A DNA stretch of 64,000 nucleotides from Eledone cirrhosa. Taxonomy: Eukaryota. This document shows, piece by piece, positions 60,746-64,000 of this stretch; positions within the stretch are counted from its first letter, which is position 1; each line of letters begins with the position of its first letter. Made by a program: the position numbers and the translations under genes. The notes under the pieces were generated by a model. The model was not told the DNA's origin, did no database searches, and saw nothing but the letters and a program-made list of their open reading frames with translations. The stretch lies in the NCBI GenBank assembly GCA_964016885.1, contig OZ024743.1, positions 2,728,001 through 2,792,000 of the forward strand. The letters run 5' to 3'.

Positions 60746-63700
60746 TTCTATTATGTATATTATGGCTTTGTATTATACTGAGGAACGTGTTGGAACAATT
60801 GTAAAGTATTAAATGTTTTGAGAACTCTTATCTGTCATCTCAATTTGTTATATATATGTATAGATATTAACAGCTCGAAATAAAGTCGGATCGTTTAGCT
60901 TAATGGTTAGAGCATTTAGCCGGAATTTAAGAGGTACTGAATTCGATTATTCGTAGGGGCTGCTGGCCACTCTTTTCCGTCCATAGGGTTATTTTACCCG
61001 GTTTTCTAGGCTATTATTTATAGCAATCAACTGTAGTTACAGTTATTTTCTTTGTTAAATATTTCTACATTTTCTATGTGTGTGATTGTTTGTCTCTCTC
61101 TCTATCTACATACACATATATTTGAAAATAGTCACCACAATGCAGATAACTATAATAATAATTGAATATATTGGGTAAAATATCCGTGGTGTCGCAAATA
61201 CATAAACAGGCATCTTTGTCCATTCCCCTCGTCCACGGGGGTACTTTATCCAATTTATTCAACTATTATCTACATTGTGGCGACTATATTTTCAAATTTC
61301 CCAATGATTTATAATTTAACCAAATGATATCCATATATAGATATATATATATATGTGTGTGTGTGTACACACAAATATATATATATATATTTATATATAT
61401 TTGACCATTCAATAGGATTTCGGGACGACGCGTCTTTACTAAACTTAATTGATTCATTAAGTTTTAAGTTTATAAAAGAAAAGAAAAACAACAAAATTAA
61501 TAAATTATTGTTTAATTAAGACTATTGAACTAATTACAGGCGAATACAATAAACAAATAAACACCTTATTTCGAAACTTGACTAAAGAAGACCCGCCCCC
61601 CTAACTTTACGTATTAAAAGTATGTTTCCTTGAGTGGTGATGGTGGCTGTGACTTTTCTAAACACTTTGTAATGTTGACATACATAACCTCATTTCACTT
61701 CACACACCCACTTTCATCCAACTTTAAAATATATTACCAACAAAACAACTAACTTATCTTCGTTTCTTTTTCTTTTTTCTTTTCTGAAATTGCCCTACTA
61801 CTGTCTATCCTTCGTTTTCTTGCAAAGAATTTTTACCTACACATCAAAATATATATATGGGGGTGGGGGGGAGCACACACATACATACATGCATATATAT
61901 ATATATATAATAAATGAAGAATTAGAAATATATATATATATACAAACACAAACATATTTGAAGTGTTTCTGTTTTAACGTCGTAATAGACCATATTTTGT
62001 TTCAATACATATTAAAGTTAACGAGATAGACTAATTCTATTTCTAACATAAAGAGGCAGTAGGTCTAAAATGTTGGAGTTAGATAACATCGTTGATTTTA
62101 TTTTATTTGTGGTTGGTTTCTAAATGTATATTTTACTCTGAACAACTACATTCTTTATTAGGTACACAATAGAGATAATATTGAGGTTTTCTCATTATTA
62201 GCTGGGTAAATTCTTCAGATATGTCTGTCATTAAGAATATCTGTAAAACAAACTACAATTTGGTTGGAATACTATAGCATTATTCCACCGTTGGTCAGCG
62301 AGGAGACTCCAACGATACACTTCTAAAGCTGGTAAGCGGGAAACATCTTAATTTAACAAAATATATTTTCGTTATTCTATTTAAATAGCCATAGAATGGA
62401 AGTGTTTCTCTATCGGTTTTTCTCTCTCATACATGGGTCATCTTTCAACGTTTGTAGAGTTAGAGAATGATGCTTCTCCCGATATGGATTATCTTTTGCT
62501 ACTACAACATACACACGATCTTTTCAGAATCTATCTCTTACCATTTCTTTATATAATGTTTAGAGTTTAAATGTATAATTTAAAATATAAAAATAATTTT
62601 TTTTCATTATTTATTTTCTGGAAATAAACGTCGTGTTGTTGTTTACCACCTTTATTGAACAGACTTTTAATCAAAGGCGTCCCATTCGTATTCCGTCTTT
62701 CTCAGACATTGTGCAATGGACAACATTATGCAATACGCCCTAACTTGTTAAGATTTGATTTTAGAGGCATTTGGCTGCTTTTTCTACGTAAGATCATTTT
62801 ACGTCTGCTTTCCGCGCTGGCATGGGTTTGACAGGTCGTTACGGTCCGAGTCAATTCTTATTTAGAGTTACTGCCTCTTAGATAAGCTGGGGATCCCATC
62901 ACGCTCATGCGTTTTAATTTTGGCATATTTTCTAATCATGGATGCCCTCCCTTGCATGAACCACTTTATAGAGTGTACTGGGTGCATTTTATCTTGGTAC
63001 CAACACTAGAAAAGTCGTCATATCCTCAACAAAACTAGAGTTCTCTCTACCTTAATTGTCTCCATTCGATCTTCAAGGGAAAGTCTTAATTAAACTTATT
63101 GTCCAATTATCATCACTATTTTACACTGGTATGTGTTGGACAGGTCATCATGGTCTGAAACCAGATGGGTTAGAGTGACCTTGTCTTGTTATATTCCAAA
63201 TCTGGCGTGGTTTCTACAGCTGGATGCCCTTCCTGATGCCAACCACCATACAGAGTGGACTGGGTGCATTTTTTGTGACAGCAACACTACCACTATACTC
63301 AGTGTATGGATTGCATTTTTCGTGATAACTGCACTATCACTTTACTGGGCACATTTTATTGTAGTACCAGCATTAGAAAGGTTGCCAAGATATTTGTAAA
63401 TCAATTAGTTTCTGGGAAAAGGGGATTTACATAAAATGGATGGCTATCTCACAGGTCTATATTTTGCTTTGTTCTCCTTTCATATATATCTCATTTTTTG
63501 TGACCTATTTCTAATGAAATACACACAGTTTCATTTAATTAATGAGGGATTTAATACAATTATTTCATTACCAAGATTATCATGGTTCTTAGATGAAATT
63601 ATGTTGGAAGATTTTAATTTAAATCAATCAATCAAGTTGCCACAACTTGTGTAGCCAGTCATTGTGGTGCTACTTTAGATGCTTTCATAGTTGCCAATTG

Positions 63701-63826
63701 CCACTGGTTTCTATTCTCCGTCGTGTGTAGAAGGGTGTACAGGACTTTCTTTGTCGCTTCTTTGCCTTCCCTTGACTGTGTCCTGTAAGATGGTTTTAGA
63801 CAGGGAGTTGTGGCAGGATTAATTTA

Positions 63827-63980
63827 CTGTATTTCCTGGCGTCAAAGATGCTACTTTTTTCCTAAAATAAGTCCCAAAACTCTAGGCTGAAGGTTCTTTA
63901 TTATTTTTTTTCAAATTTTTGGTTGTCAAAATTAGGGTGCGTCCTTGAGGACGAAGCGTCTTCGGCGCCAGGAAATACGG
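63827..63980. mobile_element. Tc2-like MITE with TA target duplication
   Basis: TA|CTGTATTTCCTGGCGTCAAAGATGC ... GCGTCTTCGGCGCCAGGAAATACGG|TA. Confidence 0.7.
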
Positions 63981-64000
63981 TAAATAGGAACCCTGATTTC

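Noticed and set aside
60890-60965. tRNA gene
   Set aside because: A- and B-box-like motifs are present, but the acceptor and T stems do not pair; it is more likely a decayed tRNA-derived SINE head.

Overview
Animal (eukaryotic) genomic DNA. It is AT-rich, rich in microsatellites and dominated by degraded transposable elements. The tRNA-derived SINE set suggests an octopod cephalopod (inference). Almost all ORF-track entries are TE or microsatellite noise. Two host genes are visible on the + strand only as short spliced exons. (1) A phase-consistent chain of K/E/R/S-rich exons at 18851-18910, 24360-24405, 28636-28766 and 29429-~29512, with a possible terminal exon at 31537; this is possibly the C-terminus of THOC2. 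(2) The first coding exon of a GAB/DOS-family PH-domain adaptor at 55744-55845. TE content includes piggyBac and its MITEs, mariner, Tc2-like and hAT MITEs, four non-autonomous Helitrons, two RTE LINE families, R4/Dong-like and CRE-like RLE LINEs, three Penelope-like fragments, a Gypsy gag remnant and many SINEs. The most notable signals are: a minimal hammerhead ribozyme with a U3-A8 covarying core fused to a perfect 82-bp palindrome; two further hammerhead motifs; twin-priming-type 5' inversions in both an RTE and a CRE-like element; Dong-like elements inserted into (TTA)n tracts; inverted SINEs and fold-back elements around a 60-nt in-frame exon; and an apparent CpG-depletion boundary near 41 kb. 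Everything was read by eye; no searches were run.
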